Source of the DNA: Eledone cirrhosa
Taxonomy: Eukaryota
Reading direction: 5' to 3'
Assembly (NCBI GenBank): GCA_964016885.1
Contig: OZ024743.1
Coordinates: 251,906,001 to 251,970,000 of the forward strand
DNA: 64,000 nt
Under the pieces are notes generated by a model. It made no database searches, was not told the origin of the DNA, and saw nothing but the letters and a program-made list of their open reading frames with translations. This document shows, piece after piece, positions 24,360-37,348 of the stretch; the first letter of the stretch is position 1; every line of letters starts with the position of its first letter. Both the position numbers and the translations under genes were made by a program.

Positions 24360-25045
24360 ATATTTATAGATCTAGAAAAAGCCTGTGATAGGGTCTCACA
24401 CTCTATAATCTGCTGGGTACGTAGGAAGCTAGGTGTAGACAAATGGCTTGTGAGGGCCGTGCAGGCCATGTATAGAGGAGCATCTAGCAGAGTGAGAGTT
24501 GGCAATGAGTACTGTGAAGAATTTGAAGTGCATGTTGGTTTCCACAAGGGATCAGTCCTCAGTCCACTCCTATTTATCATTGTACTTCAGGCCATCACTG
24601 AGGAGTTTAAAACTGGCACTCCATGGAAGCTCCTCTATGCTGGTAAACTGTATAATGCCTGTGTATGAACTGCAATGTTACATGGCAGGGAGACATGGGC
24701 CTTGACTGCAGAAGACCTGTGGAGGCTATAAAAATGAGTTGAGTATGCTCTGATGGATGTGCAATGTTAGTGTGCATGAGCAACATAGCATAAGCAAACT
24801 GAGGGTAAATCTTGGCATAAGAGAAATTGTATGTAGTGTGCAAGAGAGAAGACTGCATTGGTAAGGACATGTGATACACATGTAAAGTAGCAGCTATATA
24901 AAGAAATGCAGAGAAACCCCAGTGGTGACATGGGATAAGGCTGTAAAGACTGATTTTAAAAAGCTAAACCTTACAATAGAAATTACCAAAGACCATGAAG
25001 GCTGGCACTATGCATTGCTGAGAAAGATCTGACCTGCAGCATAAA
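24360..25045 (+). pseudogene. Degraded, internally deleted RTE LINE
   Basis: FIDLEKACDRV...VRAVQAMYRGASSRVRVGNEY...GSVLSPLLFIIVLQAITEEFKTG, then jumps to C-terminal remnants. Confidence 0.85.
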
Positions 25046-25429
25046 ATGTGACCTGACCTACCCTACCCATTTCCACTAGCACTATCTAACAGTTATTCTC
25101 AACATCACTACTTAGTAAACTTCTTCTCCTCACACATTTGCCAAACAAACAAAACGTTGGGAGGACCCTTTAGTCGTGTCATGGACAAGACAGCCTCCCT
25201 AGTGTTGGTGATCTATAGGATAAATGCACCTAGTATACACTGTAAAGTGGTTGGTGATAGAAAGGGTATCCAGCCATAGAAAGCTTTCCAGACAAAGGGT
25301 GGGAAGACTTCTTTAGTCATGTCAAGCGCATGACAACCTCTTCTGAGCACACAGTGGAATGTGAGACCATACAAAAGCAAGATCAAAAGCTCCACTTCAA
25401 TACTGACTTAATCAGATGATGATGATAAT

Positions 25430-25740
25430 TACATCATGAACATCATCACTGTCTAACGTCGATTTTTCAATGCTAGTATTGGTTAGAAGAGTTGTCTCAT
25501 TGCAAGACAAGTCACATCAGATAACCATGTCTTGGTCACACAGAACTGTTTATTGCTTGGTTTCTATGGACTGGTGCTTTTATCATGGCACCAATGCAAC
25601 TAACTGACAAGCTGGACTAGGTGTTTATTGGCGTGTCACCGATGCAACCAATTTACCAGGTGGACTACCTGCGTTTTTCATGTCACCAACTTGACTACTT
25701 TGCAGGGTGACCACCTTACAGGGTTGGTTGGGAGCCTTTC
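25430..25740 (-). mobile_element. Old RTE 3'UTR remnant with internal repeats of about 40 bp
   Basis: Homologous to the RTE tail, with repeated GGACT(A/G)GGTG.TTTT..CATG.CACC units. Confidence 0.55.
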
Positions 25741-26499
25741 AGCAGCCTTGTTGGGTAACATGTCCAGCTTTGGTGGTGTGGTGAAGCGATGGTGGTTATG
25801 CTCTTGTTGATATTAATGTTAGTGATGATGATGTTGGTGAGACAATAATGTTTTCTGGGGACAATGATAATGATGATGTTTGTAATTATGGATTTGGGGT
25901 GTTGTTGGAGATGATGATCTTGGAAGTTGTGGTATTGGGGATAGTGATGGTGATGGAAGTAATAATGGAGATGCCGGTGATATGGAGGTGTTAATGGATA
26001 AAATAACAAGGGTAATGAGATGGTAGTGGTAGCATTGTGTGTGTGGCACAATAATGCGAGGAGGCAAGTTTGGTTCAGAAGTAGTTACTATATACCAATA
26101 AATGAGGGGGCGATTTCCAATGTTAGCCATGATGGTAACCATGGTGACAGTAGTTATCCATTATCTTTTATGAAATAAAGATTGATTTTGTATACATCAA
26201 GTCAAAGTTTTAAAGACACACATATCTTCAAATAATAACGTTCAATTTGGTACACACACACACATACACATACACACATATATATATATATACAAAGTGG
26301 TCATGTAGGTGTCAAACGAAAAGCACCCGGTACTCATTGTCAATGTGGTTGGCATTAGGAAGGGCATCCAGCTGTAGAATCTAAGCCAAAATCAGATCTG
26401 TATGTGAAAGACATGGTCACTTGACCTGGCAATTCTCACAACAGGACAACTCGTCTAACCCATGCTAGTGTGGAAAATGGATGTTAAACAGTGATGATA

Positions 26500-26905
26500 T
26501 CTAAACTATAATAAAGCAAGGGTTGCGGGACTGCGTACCGTTTATTTCTTTTAATCCAGTTAGTAAAATAAGTTGGATTACTTTGAATAAATAATTGTTT
26601 CTACTTTAGGCACAAGGCCAGCAATAACCCAGTGCATTACTGGTACTGGATGAAAGGCAAAGTCATTCATCATAAGGATGAAAGGCAAAGTCAACCTCGG
26701 CGGGATTTGAACTCAGATCGTAAAGGGACATAACTATGCTGGAAAGCATGGCGTCCGACCCTCTACCGATACTGCCAATCCACCGCCCTTGAATAAATAA
26801 TGAATGAATATTACATAATTCATGTGCTAAATTTTGTAAACAAATAATTTCGTAAAAATAAATAATCTAAAATTGACTTCATTTCAAAGTTGCACTTCCG
26901 GTATA
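26500..26905 (+). mobile_element. 5' part of non-autonomous Helitron family C, interrupted by a SINE B
   Basis: Starts A|TCTAAACTATAATAAAG, as at 37979 and 63947. SINE B at 26596-26788(-) is flanked by TSD TTGAATAAATAAT. Confidence 0.75.
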
Positions 26906-27104
26906 TCGTCCCCACCACCACCACCACCACTTCAACTACCATATATATAGAAAGAGAGATTGTGTGATGAGAGAGATAGAGAAATTATGATTTTCTACAA
27001 ACTGGCGCGTATGAGTGTGCACATACATACATCTACATGTATGAGTATATAACTATTATGAGTATATAACTATAATTATAGTTATATACTCATAATAGTT
27101 ACAG

Positions 27105-28497
27105 GGGTATAGCGAGGAATTTAGCGTACAGGTTGGGGTCCACCAGGGCTCTGTTCTTAGCCCTCTCCTGTTCATCATAGTCCTGCAGGCAATAACGGAG
27201 GAGTTTAAGACCGGATGCCCATGGGAACTCCTGTATGCTGATGACCTCGCACTCATAGCTGAATCTATGGTAGAACTAGAGAATAAATTCCAAACCTGGA
27301 AGCAGGGACTAGAGAGAAAGGGCCTCAAAGTCAACATGACAAAGACTAAGGTCCTTATAAGTAGACGAGAAAACAGAACCCAGTTCCCCTCAGGGAAATG
27401 GCCTTGCTCAGTATGTAGGAAAGGTGTAGGTAGGAACTCCATTCTCTGCCCCAAATGCAAACAATGGGTACACAAGAGATGTAGCGGGATCTCAGGAAGC
27501 TTAATTAAGAATGTAGGATTCACATGCAGCAGCGGTGCTGAAACAGCAAGCAAACAGCCACAGGAAACAAGTACCACCAATCTCTGGGAGGGCCCTGTAG
27601 AAACAGTAGACAGCTTCTGCTACCTAGGTGACCGAATTAGCAACGGAGGTGGGTGCTCAGAAAGTACAATAACTAGGGTAAGAACGGGATGGAAGAAGTT
27701 TAGGGAACTACTACCACTGCTAGCTGCAAAAGGCTTCTCCCTCAGAATGAAAGGTAGACTGTATGATGCGTGTATCCAAACAGCGATGTTGCATGGTAGT
27801 GAGACCTGGGCGCTGAAGGTGGAAGACTTACGTAGATTAGAGAGAAACGAAGCCTGCATGCTCCGATGGATGTGTAACAGTAATATACGTGAACGACAAA
27901 GCATAAAGGAATTGAGAGAGAGACTGAGCATAAGAGGAATCAAATGCTGCGTGCAGGAGAGGCGGTTACGCTGGTATGGACATGTGATGCGTATGAAGGA
28001 TGACAGCTGCATAAAAAGGTGCAGAGCACTAGAAGTTGATGGAAACCGCGGAGTGGGGAGATCCAAGATGACTTGGGATGAGGTGATAAAAGCCGACCTT
28101 ACCCAACTACACCTCTCAAAGTCAATGACACACGACCGTGACTTCTGGCGTCACGCAGTAATACAGGGTACCCGACCTCCCATGGGTACATGCTGAAGCA
28201 TATAAACAATATGCCCCCCCCCCCCCCGCAAGGTGGTCGTGGAGGTGCCACGGCAAAAAAGCACCCAGCCCACACTGTAAAGTGGACGTGTAGGCGCCAC
28301 GAAAAAGCACCCAGAACTCACTGTAAATGAGGTTGGTGTTAGGAAGGGCATCCAGCTGTAGAAATCAAGCCAGATCAGTTCCTGTATGAGCAAGGCATGG
28401 TCAGCCGATCAGACACTGCCCACAACAGGACAACCCGTCTAACCCATGCTAGCGTGGAAGAACGGACGTAAAACGGTGATGATGATGATGATGATGA
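27105..28497 (+). mobile_element. 5'-truncated RTE LINE with an open ORF remnant to 28196, 3'UTR and (GAT)n tail
   Basis: GVHQGSVLSPLLF...LLYADDL...PHD-like finger...FCYLGD...[12 protein letters not shown]...DRDFWR. No internal stop in 27267-28196. Confidence 0.95.
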
Positions 28498-28729
28498 ATC
28501 GCGCAAACACAAACTTATAAAAATACACACTCACGGACATAATTCACACAAATACACATACATTCACACATACTTTCACACAAACATACATACATTCACA
28601 CATATACATTTACACAAACACACACATACAGTCATGATAGCGTTCGGTTTAATTGGAAATGGGAGGGTAAAACAAGTATAACGTTTTATTTATTTATTTA
28701 CTCATTTTTTAAAAACCCATTTAATATAG

Positions 28730-29162
28730 CTAGCAGAAAAAACCACCCTTTTGGTGTTTTTCTGCTAGCATGTGTAGTGTGTATATTGATATTATACGCA
28801 ATTATATATGCATGTAGATATGATCAAATAAAATCGTAATTGACAATATACACAGAAATTGAATGAAGACTGTGTTACACTCTCTTATATAATCAGTAAC
28901 GTAATCCTTGATACATGAAAAAAAGACGATATTATATATAAACTACATGAGAAGAAAATCAGTGACAGAAATACATGAATATTTATTTAAACGATCGCTA
29001 ACCAGAAGTGTTGACATTTGAAATTTTAAAGAAGTGAATCTTTAAATAAATAATAAAATATATTTAATGAACAACCACGAAATTTAGTAGATAAATTATG
29101 TAATATTCATTCATTATTTATTCAAAGTAATCCAACTTATTTTACTAACTGGATTAAAAGAA
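28730..29162 (-). mobile_element. Non-autonomous Helitron family C, lacking its 5' tip
   Basis: Reverse complement of about 38030-38449, with terminal palindrome CTAGCAGAAAA...TTTTCTGCTAG. Confidence 0.8.
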
Positions 29163-29411
29163 GGGTTGTCCGAAGTGGGCATGCGCGAAGGCTTGTCCAA
29201 AGAGCGCATGCATGAAGGCTGGTCAGTACTGTGCATGCGCTAAGGCTGGTCCGTACTGCGCATGTGCGAAGGCTGGACCGTACTGCGCATGCGCGAAGTC
29301 TGGTCCATACTGCGCATGTGCGAAAGCTGGGCAGAAGTGCGCATGCACAAAGGCTGATCCATACAGCGCATGCGTGAAGGCTGGTCTGTACTGTGCATGC
29401 GCGAGATCTGG
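29163..29411. repeat. 27-bp CpG-rich minisatellite
   Basis: About 9 units of CTGCGCATGCGCGAAGGCTGGTCCGTA. Confidence 0.92.
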
Positions 29412-29414
29412 ACG

Positions 29415-31778
29415 CATTCCAACAGTATCTCTCAGTAGACATCAATCTGAATTATATTACCTCAGGATGATCTTACATGACAAGGCTAGCTAGGTGAACT
29501 TCATACAAAGATTCGAGGACAATTGAAGGAGTTGAATTTCCAACATTCCGAGAAGCATGCAGGAAACTTGGCCTGTTAGATGAAGATGGAGAAAAAGACA
29601 AAGCTATGGAAGAGGCCTCATCCATTACACTTGGTCCTCAGCTGCGAGAGATCTGTGGCACCATTTTATTGTACAGCTTGCCAAATGACCCTCTGCAGTT
29701 CTGGGACAAATGAAAGAATTGTCTTGCAGAGGATATCATGCATGAACGCCATGAGCAAGTCATGTCCATGCAAACCATGCAGATTCTTCTACAGAAGATC
29801 CAACAAAGACTTTAACATGATGGCTTGGGCATTCATGCCAACTATGGACTTCCTCGGCCAGACCTAACTATTGTTGCCATACCAGAAATCAACAGGGTTC
29901 TTATGGCAGAAACTGATTTCAATACACACCAACTGCAAGCAAACATAAATGAACTTCTGCCAACATTGAATCCTGAGCAACTGGTTATTTTTCACAAAGT
30001 AATCACCTCTGTAAATGAAAATGAAGGCAGAATTTTCTGCTTGAATGCAAGTGCAGGTACAGGAAAGACCTATGTCATAAACATCTTACTGGATTACCTC
30101 CGATCTAAAATAAAAATTGCACTTACCACTGCCATATCTGGAATAGCAGCCACTTTGCTTCACAAAGGTAGAACTCTTCATTCCAAGTGCAAGATTCCTC
30201 TCAATGTGACTGCTGAATCAACTTGCTTCTTCACAAAGAGGGATGACACAGGTAAACTTATGCAGCAAGCTGACCAGCTAATCATTGATGAGATAGGTAT
30301 AGGGCATAAGCATATCTTTGAATGCCTTGACAGGAGCTTCAAAGATGTTCGAGATTGCAAAAAGCCATTTAGTGGTCTAACAATATTACTATCTGGTGAC
30401 TGGAAGTAAATTCTTCCAGTTGTACATCATGGTGTTAGGCCACAAATAGTTGAGGCAACCATCAAGAGATCCTATCTCTGGGACTATATGGAAACCATAG
30501 AGATGACAACCAATCAATGGTTAATTAATGCAGAGGATTCTGATGAAAGACAGTTTGCAAACTACCTTCTTGATGTGGGAAATGGTAACATTCCAACTGT
30601 TCCAACTGTAGGTGCATTCACAATTCTTCTGCCAAATGAACTTTGTCTGGAATATGGTAATTTGCCTGGACTGTGGGATTTTGTGTATACAAATCTTCCA
30701 GGTAACTACACAAACCCACTATGGCATGCAAATAGAGCCATTATCACTCCAACAAATGATGCAGCAAGATTGGTGAATGAGTTCATGGTCAACAAGTTCC
30801 CCGGTCATGAAATAATCTACAGAAGCTCTGATACAGTAGACAATGAACTAAACTTACCCCATCAGGCTTCCCAACACACATACTTAAACTGAAGAAAGGC
30901 AGTTGCATCATGTTTCTGAGAAATCTGGATCCTCTAAATGGGCATTGCAATGGTACACGCTACATCATCATAGTTTACATAATCATGTAATTGAAGCTGA
31001 AGTGGCATTGGGTCCCAATGCTGGAACACGGTTGCTAACCCAAGGATACCACATGTATCTCAAGAGCTTGAGTTCCCTTTCACCTTTACTCGCAAGCAAT
31101 TTCCTGTCCAACCAGCCTTTGCCCTTACATGCAACAAGGCACAAGGACAGACATTTGAAAAGATAGGTGTATATCTACCAACACAATTCTTCTCACATGA
31201 TCAGATGTATGTTGCATTATCACGAGTTACAAAAAATGAAAATATAAAAATATTAAATGAAAGGGGTCTGTTTGCGGACAACTGTGTCTACAAAGAAATT
31301 CTACAGTGATGTGAAACAGCTATCACTCTCTTTTAGTTGAAAAGCATTTCAGTTTCTTTTTAACTGCTAGAAAAGGGACACTACAAAAACTTAAGAAATC
31401 TATATGTGAATACAGTAAAACAACAATATAGCGAAGGTCAACTCTTCATATTGGTAAATGTAATTCATTCATTCATACCAGCAGCATCTATTTTCAAATT
31501 CACTGCTTGAAGCTTCCCATCGACATTCTCAAGTGAAGATTCATGAACATTTTCTGTCAACTCTTTCATCACTTTTCCATCTCCATTATTGCCTTTTTTT
31601 TTAATGTATCATGGATTACTTTACTGATTACAGAAGTAAGTGTAACACAGTCTTTGTTCAGTTTATGTGCATATTGTCAATTTACGTATTATATCTATGT
31701 GCATATATATTTGCGCATATCAATATACACACTATATATGCTAGCAGAAAACCGACTTTTGGCCGGTTCTTCTGCCAG
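29415..31778 (+). mobile_element. Helitron C autonomous remnant (RepHel C-terminal half plus 3' terminus)
   Basis: ELYYLRMIL, TFREACRKLGLL, ASAGTGKTY, SGIAATLLHKGRTLHS, LIIDE, LSGDWK*, CNKAQGQT, QMYVALSRV. 3' hairpin CTAGCAGAAAACCG...CGGTTCTTCTGCCAG|T. Confidence 0.92.
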
Positions 31779-31916
31779 TATATATAACAATGTAAGAATA
31801 AAATAAGGTAAAGTAACTCATTGATTCGTTGTTTTATTGCAGAATTATCGATGGTAGTTATCCAACTTCATACCATTAGTCTAAAAAGCTCATCCATTCT
31901 GCTGTCTGTCTTCAGA

Positions 31917-31982
31917 TTGTTTCTGAGGAGAGAGAGCAGATACACATCAATAATTTTGTTCTCTAAAACGATTGTAAAACAA
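31917..31982 (+). ncRNA. Decayed type I hammerhead-like motif
   Basis: Stem I TTGTTT/AAACAA, core CTGAGGA, stem II AGAGAGCAGA/TTTGTTCTCT, then AAAAC-GATT-GTA (consistent with CpG decay of CGAAAC-GATC-GTA). Confidence 0.55.
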
Positions 31983-33349
31983 AGGATTAATTAACTACTC
32001 CACCTTGTCTTATTCTTTCATTGTTCAACAGTATATATCTGACTCTAGTTTTGAATAGACAAGGATATGTATGGTAATATCATCATTCCACAAAAACAAA
32101 TTTCACTTTGCTTTGATGGGATATTCACATCAATACTACATCAACTTTCAAAAGGGTTATAAATCTTACCTTGATTATATAGAACTCTAATGTGCATGTG
32201 TATGAAGAAGAACTTATGTCCAAAATTCGATACCCTCTTCTACTTCTTCCTAAACATGAAGCTAATAAGTCTTTGTATTTTTGCATCTTAGTGTTTGTCT
32301 TGTCATTTCTAGAACTATATATATATTTATATGTATGTGTATGTGTGTGTGTGTGTGTACAAACAAGAAAGCCATATTGAGTACAACATTCTTCACGGTA
32401 TAATTTTAGTTTAATCTCTTTTAAAAAAGTTAAAATAGGCAGGAATTAGCATCAATATAACTCTTTCAATATCAATCCACACAAAGTCACTCCTAGTTCT
32501 CTGAAACAAAACACCCATTTTAAAGGGTTCTTAATAAAATCATAATCTTCTAATATAGTATAATTTGATATAAGTATCTTTTGTTAGGTTATGTTACAAA
32601 TACCATCATAATAATAGAATAATTAATAATTTTAGTAAATCCTTCAAAATTCTCCTTAATTCAAATACAATTTATTTCATTAGAATTATGGCAACGAAAG
32701 TGATATATAACTTCTCGACCCTCTCTTTCTTTCTCTTTCTTCCTTTGATTCCTATTTTCTTTCTTTTTTCTTCTTACCCTTCATTCACTTCTCTTCTCTC
32801 TCACTATCTTTTCTTTCTTTTCTTCCTTCAAATTATTCTGTCTTTCTCTCCTTTTATTTCTTTCCATATTTTTTTATTTCCTTATATTTTATCTTTTTAT
32901 TATTTACATTATTCTTCTCTCCCTTTCTCTTTCTCTTTCAAACCCCCACATACTACCTTTCTTTGTTTCTTTCACACTTTCTTTGTTATATTTTGTTTCT
33001 ACTATTCTCACTGTTCCCCACTCCTTTCACCATCAACTCCCCACTAGCCTACAACAATTATGCAGTCTAATAAAAAAAATCATCATGTCAAAGAAACAAA
33101 CAAAAAAATAAAGACAAACTAAATAAAATGTATTGTTAATTGGTGGACTAATTGAGTGGAACATTCCAATTAGTTCACAGACACACCCCCACCGCACTGC
33201 CATATACCTTCTCCACAGTTCTCTAGCTCACACATATACATTATCACACACACATACGTATATACAAATATTAATAAGTAGAGGCATTTACTTCATTATC
33301 ACATACACACACACTCACAAATATGTATATATAATATATATATATATAT

Positions 33350-33527
33350 AATTGTTTCTACTTTAAGCACAAGGCCAGCAATTACCCAGTGCATTACTGG
33401 TACTTTATTTTATCGACCCCGTAAGGATGAAAGGCAAAGTCAACCTCGGCGGGATTTGAACTCAGATCATAAAGGGACGTAACTATGCTGGAAAGCATGG
33501 CGTCCGACCCTCTACCGATACTGCCAA
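33350..33527 (-). mobile_element. SINE family B
   Basis: Near-identical to 38867-39050. Confidence 0.85.
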
Positions 33528-33628
33528 TATATATATAATATAGAATATATATATTTATATATATATATAATATGTATGTATATACATATATAATATATGA
33601 TGATAATGATATATATATATATATATAT

Positions 33629-33861
33629 ATAGGAACGAGTATGACCCCGACGGCTGAGCTCAAGCCGTTTCGACGGCTAATTCTGGACTAAAAAAAAAAT
33701 AATAATTTTTTTTTTTTTTAAAGTCCAGAATTAGCCATCGATACGGCTTCAGCTCAGCCATCGGGGTCCTACTCATTCCTATTACCCACTCTACTACCCT
33801 AAGTATTGAGTACTTTGGTGCGTTATGGTCCATCTGGTTCGTTACCACATTTCCTTCGTTA
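33629..33861 (+). mobile_element. Fold-back terminal fragment of the element at 42993-44188
   Basis: Inverted repeat of about 62 bp (33629-33692/33718-33782). 33720-33861 is the reverse complement of about 42993-43135. Confidence 0.75.
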
Positions 33862-33872
33862 TATATATATAT

Positions 33873-34205
33873 TCATTTCATTTTACGTCCTCTTTCCCCT
33901 GCTTGCAAGGGTGGGACGGGAACTGATTCTGGCTTGATTTCTACAGCTGGATGCCCTTCCTAACACCAACCTCATTTACAGTGAGTGCTGGGTGCTTTTT
34001 TTGCCGTGGCACCTCCACGACCACTTTGCAGTGGAATGATATGGACCCCAGTCCCTATCATCTCATTTCTACAGCTGAGTAAACTGGAGCAATGTGAAAT
34101 AAAGTGTCTTGCTCAAGGAAACAACACATCACCCGGTCTGAGAATTGAACTCACAACCTTTCGATTGCAAACCCAATGCTCTAACCACTAAGCCATGTGC
34201 CTCCA
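33873..34205 (-). mobile_element. SINE family A
   Basis: tRNA head, CORE-like domain and RTE-like tail. Confidence 0.88.
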
Positions 34206-34252
<47 letters not shown>

Positions 34253-34773
34253 GATGATGATGATATATATGTGTGTGTGTGATTGGCTTCCTTAAAGTTT
34301 CCATCTATCAAATTTCAATCACAAGACATTGGTCAAACTGAAGCAATAATCAAAGACAAGTTGCTATGCAATGGGACTTAAACTAGTACCATGTTATTGC
34401 AAAGAAATCCTAGAAAAAGCTTTTCTTTTAATCATTATTGACCATAGGTTTGCCTTCCTGAGACACAGGGCTTAGTAAGAGGATTTGTGAAAGACCACAA
34501 GCAGTTGCCAGGCATGCTAGTCTCCCCTTTCACTATACCGATGTTGTCCAAGCAAATGGTAAAGGCTGTTACGGCTTGACACCATTGTCTTACAACACAT
34601 TCAGTATAAAATACATTGAAATAAATATCTTGCTCAACATCATGACATGCCACCCTCGCAGGAAATTGAACTCACAACCATATAATCGCAAGCCCTGTTA
34701 TATATATAAATATATATAAAAAGTAAATAGGAATAACAAAGGAAACAACACAGTACAACGGAGAAATATATTA

Positions 34774-35152
34774 TGGAGGCACATGGCTTAGTGGTTAGAG
34801 CAATCGAAAGGTTGTGAGTTCAATTCTCAGACCGGCTGATGTGTTGTGTCCTTGAGCAAGACACTTTATTTCACATTGCTCCAGTTTACTCAGCTGTAGA
34901 AATGAGATGATAGGGACTGGGGGTCTCTATCATTCCACTGCAAAGTTGTTGTGGAGATGCCACGGCAAAAAAGCACCCAACCCACACTGTAAAGTGGTCG
35001 AGTGGGCACCATGAAAAAAAAAAGCACCCAGCACTCACTGTAAATGAAGTTGGTGTTAGGAAGGGCATCCAGCTGTAGGAATCAAGCCAGAATCAGTCCC
35101 CCTCCCCTTGCAAGCAGGGAAAAGCAGACGTAAAATGATGATGATGATGATG

Positions 35153-35153
<1 letters not shown>
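34774..35153 (+). mobile_element. SINE family A
   Basis: As above, with a small deletion in the head. Confidence 0.88.
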
Positions 35154-35188
<35 letters not shown>

Positions 35189-35664
35189 ATGTAAATATGC
35201 ATATTATCATCATCATCATTTAATATCCTCTTTTCCTGCTACCAATCGTTTCACTTGTCTACATAGACCAAGTCAGTACTGAAATGGGTAACAGTCCAGT
35301 AGAAGTCGCTTCTATATTAAAATAATTGTTTCTACTTTAGGCACAAGGCCAGCAATTACCCAGTACATTACTGGTACTTTATTTTATCGACCCCGTAAGA
35401 GGGAGAGAGAGAGAGAGAGAGAAGGATTAGACGTCGCGTGAAAGGACGGGAAGGGGAGGGAGGGGTGTGTGGATGGGTGGGGGATGCAACAGCCGCGGCA
35501 GCCTTAAAATAATAGATTGAATACATCTATACTCTACTAACGTATTGAGTATTTTTTCTAACAGTGGTCACCTCCTGATTTATAAATATATACATATATA
35601 TGTATGTAGAGGTTATATTTAATTTGTTGGGATACAACAAGCAAAATATTTTTATAACTGATAG

Positions 35665-35940
35665 ACCGGGTGATGTGTTGTTTCCTTGAGCAAGATACTC
35701 TATTTCACATTGCTCCAGTTTACTCAGCTGTAGAAATGAGATGATAGGGACTAGGGTCCATATCATTCCACTGCAAAGTGGTCGTGGAGGTGCCATGGCA
35801 AAAAATCACCCAGCACTCACTGTAAATGAGGTTGGTGTTAGGAAGGGTATCCAACTGTAGAAATCAAGCCAGAATCAGTTCCCGTCCCACCCTTGCAAGT
35901 AGGGAAAAGCGGACGTAAAAATGATGATGATGATGATGAT
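35665..35940 (+). mobile_element. 5'-truncated SINE family A
   Basis: CORE-like domain plus tail, no head. Confidence 0.85.
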
Positions 35941-36377
35941 ATATGTGTGCGTGTGTGTGTATTTTGTCAAACAAAAGGGTCAAGAGGATCCTGATGTGTG
36001 TTAACAATCTCTCCTGAGCACTCAGTTGAGTGTCAACCATACAGAAAGCAAAACACAGGCTCCTGTCTTGCCTGGGATATCAGTGGCTTGGCTTCAGTAC
36101 TGAATTGGTCTATGTATCTATGTAGATCTGTCCAACCCTTGCTAGCAGGGAAAACAGCTAAATCAATGATGATGATATACATTATATATAAGCAAATGAA
36201 TGAGTGAATGAAAGAGTTACAAGCCGTTAAAACATATCTTTATATAGCTCTTACACATGTTTCACGCAGGGGGCTCATCGGAGGCAGATGTTCCGATCGC
36301 TAGGTCCTTAATTACAAATCCCTGAGAGGGTATTGTAACATTACATCGCTATGCACTGTGATTGTAGATGGTAGAGG

Positions 36378-36506
<129 letters not shown>

Positions 36507-36653
36507 TATATATATATGTGTGTATATATTTCCTGCCACAAAACCTCTTCTTCTTCCATATCCCTACTTCCCTATATATATATATTTATCTGTGTATGTA
36601 TTTGTGTATCTATCTATCTATCTTTCTTTCTCTCTCTCTCTCTTTCTTTCTCA

Positions 36654-36760
<107 letters not shown>

Positions 36761-36762
36761 TG

Positions 36763-36810
<48 letters not shown>

Positions 36811-37073
36811 CATTCATGTACAGCCCTCCATTTCATATGAATTAATGGTATTTTCCACATCAAAAAGCTGTAAATTGTGAGAAATATGGGAACAGCTGGC
36901 TCTATGACACACAGACAGACTCCCCACCAAACTCTACCACACCACACCACATCTAATACTTTCAAATAAAGATGTTACAGATAGGGAAGACAGACTGGCT
37001 CGGCTCATCTCTGGTAGGAGGGGAACGCCTTGGCAAAGTTGAAAAGAGTCTCACACTCTCTCTCTTTCTCTCT

Positions 37074-37135
<62 letters not shown>

Positions 37136-37227
37136 TCATCATCATCATCTATATATATATATATATAAAGAGTGGCTAAGAGTTGCATTAGTGTGCATAT
37201 ACATCTATGTATGTGTGTGTATACGTA

Positions 37228-37348
<121 letters not shown>

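Noticed and set aside
29212-29493. ORF with a CACAKAGPY nonapeptide repeat
   Set aside because: Several frames on both strands are open because the 27-bp unit lacks stops, and variation follows CpG decay rather than codon position.
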